This document shows positions 23,175-34,893 of a stretch of 64,000 nt of DNA, one piece after another; positions within the stretch are counted from its first letter, which is position 1, and each line of letters starts with the position of its first letter. Under the pieces are notes generated by a model that was given only the letters and a program-made list of their open reading frames with translations, was not told the DNA's origin and searched no databases. A program made the translations under genes and the position numbers. This stretch comes from Botryllus schlosseri. Taxonomy: Eukaryota. The DNA is taken from NCBI GenBank assembly GCA_051294905.1, contig CM119378.1, positions 14,260,001 to 14,324,000 of the forward strand. The letters run 5' to 3'.

Positions 23175-24864
23175 CAGGGCCGTAACAGCACTTCGTCAGC
23201 TCCCCCAAAAACGTTGGTCTTGGGCCCCCCATACGGTGATAACCCGAACTTCTGGGGGGCTTCGCCTCCCAGACCCCCATTTCGCAATCCGATATTTGCC
23301 GCTACTTGTCATCTACATTGAGTGTCCGTTTAGTGAGTCGGATATTCCCGCCTGGACGCGCGAAGCGCGAAAAATTTATATAATTCATGATTGAGCCGGG
23401 CAATATTATCGGGCGTAAACCCGTTGGCAGGAATATAACAGCACTTCGTCAGTCCCCCAAAAATTGGGTCTTTGGCTCCGGTAGGGTGATAACCCGTCCC
23501 CTCCCCATCACGTTGTTCGCTTTTGTCACGAAATTAGTCGTACTGTCTAGTGAGCCAGCGCGAAAATTTTCGATAATTCATGATTAGGGCTGGGCAAAAT
23601 CGAGTACCTGAGTGATTCGATTCTGAATCACGTAATATGCTTCGAGTCGAGTCAGTAATCGAGTATCACCCATTATGACGCCATGACATAATATAATACG
23701 TCAAAGTTCAAATATCTAAATCTCATGTCACCACAAATAATTTAATGCCTGTTATCCGTCTCATAAATGATACTTTGGTATTTTTTTAGACCATACGGAT
23801 TTCATTTCACTTGGTGATGATGTTGTGGGATAATCATGACTTCGAAAATGTGCTACATCCAGTAACCTTCGTAGCTTTGTAGCCTACCACATGTTTCGTA
23901 TGCTACGATACAGCCAATCAATGTTCCAAGGCTTCTACAGTGAAAATGAGTATCGAAACTATGATTCTCGTTGATAAATTAACATTCAGTGGCGAGAAGA
24001 GTACAATTTCAGTACTCAAAAAAACCGTTCTTTACTACTCGACTCGAATCATTAAAATTAATACTCGATTCTGATTCGAGTAGGCCTACTCGAATCATTG
24101 TGCCCAGCCCTATTCATGATAAAAGCGGTCAATAAGATCTGGAATTGCATATATATTGTTATCAATTTCTTGTCCTCTCTGCTCACGTTATCAGATTTAC
24201 CGGAAACTGTAGGGCCCGTAAATAATAATTAAGCATCTTCGGGCGGGCGGACCCGTTGGTATGACTTCGTTACATGATGTGACGTGACCTCCCGTCTGCT
24301 ATATCAAAAAATATAGAATAGCCCAAACGTACTAAATTGAAAGACGCAGACGATTTCAAATTGATATTTCTTCACTGGCATATAATTTTTCCCTGCGGCG
24401 TGGTATTCGTCTTCTGAGGGTCAGATTGCCAAGACAGGAACATTTGGCGCCAGTCATTTAGGACTGACTGACAATTAAACCTATATGTATTTTGTATTTA
24501 TAACGAAGTTTTCGGACAGCGTAAGGGCGGTCCTTTTCGGCCAAAGTTTTCGCACTGCCGATCGTTCTGGCACACTTCCCGGAGTCGCATATAATATGTT
24601 CTAAATCGTTATATGTCTTGGTGCGGTAATGGCCAACGTCGATATGCCTATTTCTATAAATCTTGCGTGCTTTTTTCTTGGAGGAAGAGTAGGCTACAAA
24701 TATTGAAGATGTTTGGCAGCTTGACATCGCGCTCAGCGCGAAAAAATTGCATTAATTTTAAAAAAATGCTCTTTAATTTATGCTAATTCACGAAATAATT
24801 TTGGGCCCCCTTCGAGCTCGGCCCCCCGAATTGGGGGGTTTGGAGTGCGGCAGTTACGGTGCTG
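23175..24864. mobile_element. Non-autonomous hAT element (CAGGGCCGTAAC / GTTACGGTGCTG) carrying a nested MITE and an internal duplication of its left end
   Basis: Perfect 8-bp TSD GATAGGAC at 23167-23174 and 24865-24872. TAACAGCACTTCGTCAG..CCCCCAAAA..GGTGATAACCCG occurs twice (~23183 and ~23435). Confidence 0.8.
23585..24112. mobile_element. hAT-type MITE, TAGGGCTGGGC family (copy 2)
   Basis: TIR TAGGGCTGGGC / GCCCAGCCCTA. Perfect TSD TTCATGAT at 23577-23584 and 24113-24120. Confidence 0.92.
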
Positions 24865-25587
24865 GATAGGACTGGTAGTTGTCCAAGGTTGTTCTGTCAA
24901 GGTTCCAACAATTATAAATCAGCTGACCCTAACCATAGCCTCAGTAAAGACCATGCCCAAACTGTATATCTCAGCTCAGCTGCATCCTTCAACAGAGTAA
25001 CTAAATACGGAATTTTCGGATTCTTGGACGAGATTCCTTGGATTCGGGCGGATTTTTCCTCAGATACTCAAGCTGTCGGACGGATTCGGATTCTCAGAAA
25101 TCATCATCCGATCATCACCGCTTCCCGCGCAACACGCCAACCCTATCTCCCGCCCGCACACGACAACAATCAACAAAACCATAATAGATCGATTCCACAT
25201 ATCTTAACGACGCGACGTTCCAGTCGCCGCGTACTTTCGGCATCAATCACAGACAAAACAATTCACAGTGTAAAGCAAAAAAACGACAGTCACAATCCGA
25301 GTTTGGATACCAAATCCGACAGAGCGAGCAGCAGAGAGAATAGAGCCACAAAAATACTATAATCGACAGTGGCGAAGGAGACTAGAGAGGGCAGGAGGCC
25401 GTTACCAGAACGCCATCCAACCCCGAGCGGTTTCCGATACCAAATCAAAAGGAGACAAGCGTGCAAGTAATTTAAAAACAGCAGTGTGTAAAATCGATTC
25501 GCAATGTATCCGAGATTGTCCGCGTAAAAACTTGTCATCAGCTTTTGCGCGCCCGGTAAGCGCTGACAGGAGACCAGACTGCCTTTC

Positions 25588-28500
25588 TTACATCACGAAA
25601 TATTTGTAGATTTCCGTGACGTAACGCATCACTCTCTGCCAGTCGGGTCTGTCGTTGTTCGTCATTTCGTCCACGCTGAGGCTGGGCTCGATACCGACGC
25701 TTTCTGCGGCCGCGAACGCGAGCCTGAAATTCTTCGCCTGTAAAAAACAGCAGATTTAGCTTTCAAGCAGATGTGTAAACAGTGACTAACGTAAGGATAA
25801 GACCTACACCGACGCTGTGTTTTGATCGAGGTGGTCAGTAACTTCTACATTTCAAAGTATTATAGTTGGTTTTGCGTACTACAGTAAGTATACTTACTAT
25901 GATTCGTTTGCAGACTACTTCACCCCTACTTAGCAGTTTCTCGGCATAAAATAAAGTAGATTTTTGATCAGTTTCCATCGTCATTTTTAGCGAAAGCGTG
26001 TAAGAATCGCGAGATAAAAGCCCCCGTATCACGATAATGGATTGTGACTTTGAAGATTGCACCTATTTGTAGCGTTGTAAGTCAATTTGCTTTGGTCCCG
26101 AAGATGTACCCGCAATTACGAAATAGTCGCCGCCGATTAACTGCTTTTAAGACAACAGGATACCGCGACCAAATCTTCTTTATGAAATTACTAGGGTTCT
26201 TTTCACATTTACAAGTCCACTGTAATTAGTTTTGACATGCCACGTAAATAGCTACTTCGAATTGCGCTTAAGCAGAAGTAATAAAATTTCTACCGAGGTA
26301 CAAGTGAAGTATTGTAGAGGGTGACATCTAACTTACCTGTAACATGTTTCTCGTTTTCATATCCCCCGCGGACGCAAGCTGCTGCTGCAACGTCTCGTAG
26401 GGTATGTGGGCGGGAAGGTGGGAATGTACCAGCGCGCAAAACGCCAACCCGTCGTTCCAGCTGCTGCTAAAGTTCGTGATGTCGATACCGGAATATCCCT
26501 GTTGAAAATGAAGGAGCGTTAGAGGCGTTACACTCAACAAAAAGCGAAGCCCGCGATCAGCGTACCTTCGTCTTTTCCTGGCACCATTTCAGCAGCGCGT
26601 TTCTCTTCGAGCCGCCGTACTTTCGCGCCAGCGTCGCCAGAGAATCGCCGCCGGCCACGCGCCGTCTGATTGGCGGGTTCGCCGTCACGGTCGAGTGCGC
26701 GGGACTGCTACGCCCGTCCGTAACGGATGCGGCGACGGACGGCGTCGGAGAGGACGGAGCGTTGGCGGGCGACAAACGGTCCAGTCGTAATTCTGAAACA
26801 GAGACGGATAATGTGGTCAGCGTTGGCACTAGGCTGCTACTTGCAGAATTAGAATTCATTTTAATTCTAATGATTCAAATCGAATAGTGAGATATAATTT
26901 CGAAGTCCTCGGCTTACCGGTTAAAGGCTTTCTCGCGTCGAGACTCTGTTTCCTGGAATCGGGGCTGGAAGTTCTCTTCATCAACAAGGACGAAAGTTGA
27001 CTGAGATCGGCGGCTGGGCAAAGAAGAAGCCAAATTTAAATTCTAATTCACTGAAATCCAAGATCAAACAAAACTTACAGCTGTTAGCTCTCTTATTCTC
27101 TGGCGTGCCAGGCTTGCTAGACAGCTTGCTGACCGAAGGGTCAACTGCGTGTGGCATTATACTCGACATCGACTGATGCCGCTGCATGGGGGCTACTTCC
27201 GCCATGACAGGGCTGCTGGTCCCCGTGCCCGGGTTTGACTTCTGTCCGGAGCCTTGCGTTTTCTTGCCGGGGCTGAATTTTGGTGATGTAGGAAACGGGT
27301 TGGACTGGTCGGACATGGCCGGTTTCTTCATGCGGGGCTCCGGAGTTGTGGGTGAACCGGGGCTGCCAGGCGGCGATGTCTTCTGGACCTGTTCGGTGAC
27401 CTGATTGTCGAAGGACTTGATCAACGTCTGGACTCCGGGCGAGTGTTGGTCTCCGTACCGTCTTGAGACGCCCCAGCTCTGAAAAGATGACCAACTTTAG
27501 TATCACTGTGTCGAAACACGATTCAACAATTCTAAGTGGGGTATGCTGTTGAAAGTTTATGGGACAAACGAATTTTGATAACAGTCAGACAGTAAATACT
27601 CGCCGTGACGCAGCAAAATACGAACGACTATCAATCGATTATTCAATTTTTGCTACATTTAATTTTTTCAATTTTTATGGGGGCAAAAAGCTAGCGCCCG
27701 CAAGCATGTACAATGTACGAATCAAAACTGAGCACTCACTTCGCGCAAGGCTGCAAGTTCGTTCTCGACACATCTCTGCCTCTGATCCGTGTTCGGGAAG
27801 GCGATCGACGACGTGGTCTTCCTGCGCCTGCGGAGCTGTTCGTTTTCGACTTGCAGTTTGGTGATTCGCTCGTCGAGTATCTGATTGTCTTCGCGCAAAC
27901 GCGCGACCTCTGCCTGGGTCTCTGCGAAGGAAAACGCGGGTGTTATACAATGCTAAAGACCGGTCGAGGCCGAGACTTTGAAAAACGAAGTGCTTCAACT
28001 CTGCGGTCACAAAGATTTTGCCCATCTTGCACTACTCACTACTTTTCCCCTTGAAACTACCTAGCTCTCATATTCTGGATTTCGTAATTAAAAACGCGAG
28101 AGATACCGCCCCCACCCTGCACCGCACCAAGTAAGCATATATATCCAAAGAAAGCACCCATTTAGTCCCAGTCATTCTGTGTTATTCTGCATCTTGCAGT
28201 TTCGAAAGCGACCTACTTTTCATAATTACTTACTTGGGGCACTTTTCAGTACTTCTATTTTCTACTTCCACTTGTAATCAAGTAAAAATGTATTACGTTT
28301 GTAAAATGTATTGTATGTAATGTAAGTGAACAAACTCTGACTACTTTTAACTACAGGATGCTCACCTGCTTTCATGTCGTTCGCGATCATGACCGCCATC
28401 TGCAAGTCGGCCTGAAACTGTTTCCATTCCTCCGACTGGCTCTTTTTTTCTTTCTGCAGCTGATGGATCTCTTTGCCCAGCCTGAACTTCTCCTCTTTGA

Positions 28501-31500
28501 GAGTGGAAATCTGGCTCTGGAGCTTGCTGATCATGTGGTTGTCGTGCTTCTTGACGGCCATGTTCTGCTCGACGGCGTCCTCCATCAAGAAGATGGTCTC
28601 TTTCGCGTTTTCCAGGTCCAGGTTTCGGTTGCGGATCTCGTCCTGCAGGTGGTCGATGAGCTCCGACAGTTCGGACAGCTGCCTTTTAGTCTGCACACAA
28701 ATATAAGAACATTTCTCAATATTAATGACATCATGATCGCTGGTCGTTAAAACAACTGATTTGGAACGCATTAGCACACCGTCGACCAGATCAACGTCAA
28801 AATGTTTGTCAATAGTGATTACGTAATTAACGGCGCTCGATAGTAACATCGACTTGGAAGCGCTAGGAAAAATTTAAACACATTTAAGTGCTAAGCTTAA
28901 AGGTAGAGGCGGTCAGAATCGAGGTACCACTCCTTCAGAATACACGGTACTTCAACTTGAAAACAATTACTAGTTTGACAACCTCATGTGTTTAACCTAA
29001 CATATCCAAATGTATTTTTCCTAAACACAATTTGAAAGACATCAGTAGCACGCCGCAGATCGGACCAACGCGCGTTCGCCTTGTCCAAAAGTCGCGGATT
29101 TGAGACTTGAGAGGACGGCATCTCGCACTAATTCATGATATCGCGCCTTAAATTAGTAAATCCGGCAAACAGTCTTCCGCAGTACACCGGCCGATTTCAC
29201 ACTGTTTGTCAGGCGCGAAAATCTGGCTAGAGGATAGAGCGGGTTATATCACGCACCTTGGCAGCAGCGGCTTCCAGCTCTTCTTCAAGCCCGGCCACTC
29301 TGTCGTCCAACCTCTCGTTTTCGTCCTTCAACTGCCGCGTTTCCGCCTCGGCTAAAAGGAATTTCTCTTCCACATCCTGCAAGAAAAGATATCGCTAAGT
29401 AACCACCATGAAACTTGTAAAATCACGATGACCGCCGTCTTGCGACCAAAAACGTGCGGACCACTTACGTGTTTCTCTTTGCGCATTTGCTCCATCAGGC
29501 TCACGACTTCGTCCGTCGATTGCGCGTCGCCCGTCGCCATGGCGGCCTGTTTCTTTAAAAGTTCCGCCACCTTTTCCCGTTCTTGACGCAGTGATTCTTC
29601 GAGACGCTGCACGGTGACGCCGCTAACACGTTCGCTGGTACTCTCCCGGAGCTCCTGAGATAGATAGACGGGTATTGAATCATGGATAACGACCACGGTG
29701 GTCAGAAAAGACTTGGTGCTAACCATGGTCACTTACATAACCTCTGCTACGTACAAATAAGAACGACGAAAATTTTGACCACCTGTGCCACTACCTACGA
29801 ATGATAACAATTCGGGTACTGTGACGACACCGAAATGATAACGCACGCGGAAAGAAAGTCAAGATATAGTCGCGTTCGAGAAGCTCAGCAAAAACAATGA
29901 CATAAACTAATCTACCAGTCGACCACGAATCGCAAACTTGCTCAACGCGGCTAAGCAACGATTACGGCCACACTTCTAGGCTTTTCTCCCGGAACACAGC
30001 GGCTAGAAAATTAGATTTAAAACCTCCGAAAAGCAACAGCAAAGAATGTCTAAATCAAATCACGCGTTCCGGGGCCGTTCTCAACAAGGCTCGCGCACTT
30101 CACCGAGCTTACAGCGCAGACAATACTTTCGACGCGCCATTAAAACAACTCACGACACATGTACCGTAAAACACAAAATTTTAGGAGTAAGAATTAGCGT
30201 GCTAACAGACAACGCAAGCATGTCAATACAATTATGTTATCGTCTTCGAACAAAAAATCACGCCTAGCCAAGTAACCGCACACCGCAACACACTTAAAGG
30301 CATTAACAGACGGAATGTCGCATTTACCTGAACGGTTTTGTCGAGTCTGGTGCGTTCCGCTACCAAGGAAGCCATTTCTCTCTCCAGCTTCCTGTTTTGA
30401 TCTTCCAGCGTGGCTGCAATCGAATTAACTTCTTTTACTTTAGCCTCCATCGCCCGCAATCGACTGCTGCTCTCTTCCTGAAGGTCTAAACCACACAATG
30501 CGTGTGAAATTGCGAATTCAAAACAGACAACTCACTGTCAGCCACAGTTAAAATGTTATTTCGCTTACCGAGTAAATGTTCTCTCTCGTCCAAAAGTTGC
30601 AGATATTGCTGCTCCACGGAGGACTTGTCTGGCCCATCGCGAACTCTATCGTTGAGCAGTACCTAAAAGAAACCTTATTATTAACAACAGACGACGCAAA
30701 ACAGCGCACCTATGCAGCGTTCGTACCTAGCAATTAAAGATAATGATACTTAACATTACAAAAAGTACACAAAGCATAATTGTTACATTATCTCAACCGC
30801 AATACCTCCAAGTCTCGCAAGGTCGGTGCTACGCGGCTATTCGGTCGCAAGGTACCCATCGCAGACGTTTGGCTCAACATAACTCAAACAGATCATTACA
30901 AGCACAGCGGTTAAATAGCGGGTTACTCTGTAAAATTGCAAACGATACATATACACCTTTTTATCAAATCGCTAACAACGCTTCTGCGGCAGTGTCATCA
31001 CTTATATTATCAGCGCACTCATTTAGCTTCGCAGCACGAACATAATCTTCAACGCGCGGGCTTAATCGATCGGTTTCTTTTCGATTTGCAAACCGCGCTA
31101 GTCGTTACAAATGCCGCTTAGCTAGCGCTACAAACATTACGACTTCATCACTAGAATGACAGTGTATCTAACGGCGCGAATGTTTCCTTTATGATCAAAT
31201 ACAATAAACACATATTGACTAATAGCGCAGGCCATACAGTATACATTAGCGGCGAACTCGCGGAATAACATGGGTATTGATACAAACCTATATCAAATGG
31301 CGGAATAACTTATTCGGTATTGATACAAACATGTATCAAAGGCAGAATACTCGTATACCACGCGTAATACAAGTGATCAAAATCGGATAACCTTTCAACC
31401 TAGCATGGGATCAATGACCCCGGCGCTATGTTAAACATAACTTCATCTCTTTCTCTCTCAATTAAGGCGGGGCTTATTTGCTCGGAATTGCGAGCAAGAT

Positions 31501-34257
31501 ACGAAACACAGTGACGTACGTTCAATACCAACTTGACAGAGGACGTGTTAAATCATCCCGAATATTTCGCAAATGGAATGCGGACAAGACGTTACAGTGT
31601 CTTAAACACTATTTTTAGAATATACACCACAACCACAACCCGTAAACTACACAGTACACACCTTACGCGACCCATGCCCGAGATCCCCTACACTACAACA
31701 TAAATATTCGATAAATCCAAGACCACATATACAGCACTAACTTTTCGATGCCTATGAATCCGTATTAAGTTCACGTAATCACGATCCCCGCCTACGCGGT
31801 TCTAAAAACTCTTGCATACACCACACTTGCAATGGAACTACGCTTTCATATCTTGAACATATCACCGTGATATGACAGAATGAATAAACATCCTACGCGC
31901 AATGATGCCACTTCCTACAAACCGATAAAAAGCACAATCATCTGAACGCCGCGCAATAGAAAGTCACAAATTACCTACAAGCTAATTCCTATACAGATAA
32001 CGAGAGACTTCTAGAAATATTGTCTAATTACATCGGAATTGGACCAAAACAAACTCGAAAGACCTTTCGCTAATAACGCAGTATTAAAGCAAAGAGAGTT
32101 ACTAATTTTGACAGCCCTAAGTAAGAGAGTAACTAATTTCGAACGCCCTAAGTACCCTAAGCCCAGTGCGTCTGACGGAATCATAATCTACATATGACAG
32201 GGATTATTTAACCGTCACGAGTTCCAACCGATTAGCACGCACTATGGCGTTTAAAAGGTGAACCGGCCTATATATAACTCCCGTCAAAAGCGCACATTTG
32301 CATGGATCGTGATATAACCAAGCAATACAGGTAATCAAGGTGCTTGCAGCCGGTCATTTACTGCGCGACAGTAGCGAAGACTAAGCGCACGAATTCTATA
32401 AAGCCGACAGGTAATCAAACCTATTATCTCCGCATACGAGAAATGATGCATTAACAATGGCCAGGATATGGACGCGCGTTTCCACGATGCATTGACAATG
32501 ACCGGGAAGAACATTAACCCCATTTCGGCTATATATGGTTAGGTTATCATCAAAAGATAAGCCAGGACGTGGCGATAAAATGCGTCAAGCGCGCAGACAA
32601 GCGGCCAAAATCACTGCGTTACGCGGTATCGCTACAATGTAACATTCGCTTCCTAGAAAATCAGATAAGGGCCGGTGAGGTGAAGCGACATACCCGCAAG
32701 TGCTGCACTTCGGACTCTTTCTGCTCGAATCGCTTCTCGGTGTCGCACAGCTTCTGCATGAGATACTGTTTCTCCTGCTTCAGCCTCGAGTTGTCCGTAG
32801 TCAGCTCGGGTACCGATTTTTGTAAATCCGCCAATTCCTAGTCGAAAGAAAAAAATCGATAGATCACGATTTTCAAATTGGCTAAGAAGTTATATTAGTT
32901 CGAAACCATCAACGCTTTCTGTACGCGGATATAGCCGACGCGGTACTTCATTACTGCCCAGTGCCCACCACTGTTGCTGTGATTGCATTAATATAAACAT
33001 GCAATGGAAAGCCAAAACATCTGTAAATACGAATACTACACCGACGGGCAAAAAGACTACCTCGCGCCGGCCCATCAATCTTACAACGCAGACCAGGACA
33101 CCGCGCGGATACACCAGCGTAAACAGACACTTCCAAAACCAGCAATCCGCCACGTCGCGGCCAAACAAACCATCACGCTACCTGCACGGTGGCCTCTAAT
33201 TCCTCATTGGTGCTGATCTGGCTCTCTTCCATCCTGTGGATTTTTTCAGTGAGGCAAACCACTGCGGCCGCGGAATTCTCCCCGTCGTCGGAAGCCACGA
33301 GCCTGTCGTCGGTTCTGCAGAGGCGAAAAGACATGGGTTGCTTGCTGAGCAGCGGTCGGGCGATTGCGGCGTTACGAACCTCAAGTTGCCGGCGTCCAGT
33401 AGGTTTTCTGCGGAGCCGGAATGGGAGGTGCCGCGCGAGACCGGGTACGCGCCGGATGACGCCAGGTCCTCGAGGGACGAACCAAGCGCGTCGCCTTCGT
33501 GGGACGAGACATCGGTGTCACCACCTGGGTTGAAAGATACAACCATTGGATTACTACACGAAAAAATGTAACGCTGTATTACGCAAACTATAATGATGTT
33601 GTGTTGAACGCTAAACTGCGTAACTGGACGGGAATCGGACACATGCGGCACTTAAGCATGTGGGTTAGGAGTGTATTTAGGGTTACGGTTTGGGTAAGAG
33701 GTAATTTTAGGGTTTGGGTCGTTTCGGGATAAAGTAATATGCTCGAGTGTCGCACGGATTTCAAAGATGCGAGTCAGACCGTTATTTAACCAACTTCTCT
33801 TCAGCGACTCACTATAAAGTCATCTCGAGTGTTTATCATTGCAAAATTTTCCGAAATAGGTGCAATTTTCGAAATGAATTCTACCACCATGATACACGGG
33901 CTATTGGTCCGAGTGTTTTGACAAAATCAAACGTGAAGTGATGCCAACACAACATAAAACTACTTTCCAAGTCACGAAATTGAAAGTGTAAGAAGAAGTG
34001 AGTAGTTTCGCCTTAAAATGTTCCTACGTTACTGACAAGTGACCACCCCTTCTCGCTTCAAGCCCTATAAAATCGCCCAGTTCCGTTTTCGCCTCATTTA
34101 CAATATTTTCCTGCTTTTGCATAGATATCTTGAAAAAACACAAACCTTGCAAGTGTTTTCCGCCGCGCAGCAGCAGTAACGATTTCTCAGTGTCGGTTTT
34201 CTGTCGCATGGAAAGCATCATGGCGTCGAGCTGTTCCTTCAACTTCACGTTCTCATC
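25588..34257 (-). CDS. SPECC1L: Cytospin-A/SPECC1-like coiled-coil protein with C-terminal calponin-homology domain; 5'-incomplete model, 15 exons, 877 aa
   Basis: Exons (minus): 34257-34146, 33524-33380, 33314-33182, 32837-32694, 30662-30569, 30485-30328, 29654-29469, 29376-29257, 28690-28366, 27921-27740, 27478-27079, 27013-26918, 26792-26566, 26498-26337, 25737-25588 (TAA). All introns are GT-AG and phase-consistent; the total is 2634 bp. Matches to vertebrate SPECC1/SPECC1L as recalled: [115 protein letters not shown]. Single-copy pro-orthologue status is assumed, not shown. Confidence 0.93.
33640..33730. repeat. Degenerate TTAGGG-like tract beside a CATGCGGCA-TT-AGCA motif; related inverted copy at ~52245-52335
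   Basis: Here: CATGCGGCACTTAAGCATGTGGGTTAGG..TTTAGGGTTACGGTTTGGG..TTTAGGGTTTGGG. At 52245-52335: AACCAACCCTAAATCCAACCCTA..CTCAATTGCCGCATG. Confidence 0.5.
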
Positions 34258-34692
34258 CTGAACAAATGAACGCAAAGGGTCAAGAACACCGCCAGGCGCG
34301 TAAAACTACAAGATCGAGTTTAGATATCCCCGTACAAGAGCTATCGAGTGCGAAGTTGACCCGGGCTGACAATGCTTAGGTGTTAAGCCCTATCCCGGGC
34401 GGCCTATCACGATTTTCTATTTACGGCCTTGTCCCCGAGTCCTTAAATGAAATAAAGTGGAAAATACCACTTCAACGGTCAACAACTACGCACAATAGCA
34501 CAAAATCGATCAAGTACAGTTATTCATATCGCGCTTTTGTCCGCCTCCCGCAAAGACAGATCGGCATTCATAAACCGTAAAGCCGCACAAGATAGAAATC
34601 TTACGCAAACTCAACCCGAATACATAACGCGGTCGGTCGCGACGTACGTGTATGCTGTTCACACTGCGGTATATCCCCAGCATCGTCCTTAC

Positions 34693-34767
34693 CTTTGTAT
34701 AGCTAATATCCGCGCCGTTTTTAGACTTTGTCACAGAGCTGGGTCCGACTGACAGGACCTGCTTCAT
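34693..34767 (-). other. Candidate upstream or first coding exon of the SPECC1L-like gene (MKQVLSVGPSSVTKSKNGADISYTK)
   Basis: 25 codons from ATG to a strong phase-0 donor AAG|GTAAGG, compatible with the phase-0 acceptor at 34257. No homology support. Confidence 0.35.
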
Positions 34768-34841
34768 GGTAGATAATATCGACAACTTCGCGACGTACTC
34801 GAAACGTATCTTATGTTTCAAGTGAGCGGCAAATTACCTAC

Positions 34842-34893
34842 ACTGTTCACTTCGATTCCTATTATCTACTGTTCACTTCGATTCCTATTATCT
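34842..34893. repeat. Perfect 26-bp tandem duplication
   Basis: ACTGTTCACTTCGATTCCTATTATCT x2. Confidence 0.9.

Noticed and set aside
33196-33651. 151-aa ORF as a single exon
   Set aside because: It reads through a 65-bp GT-AG intron (33379-33315); the conserved [11 protein letters not shown] block is in another frame.
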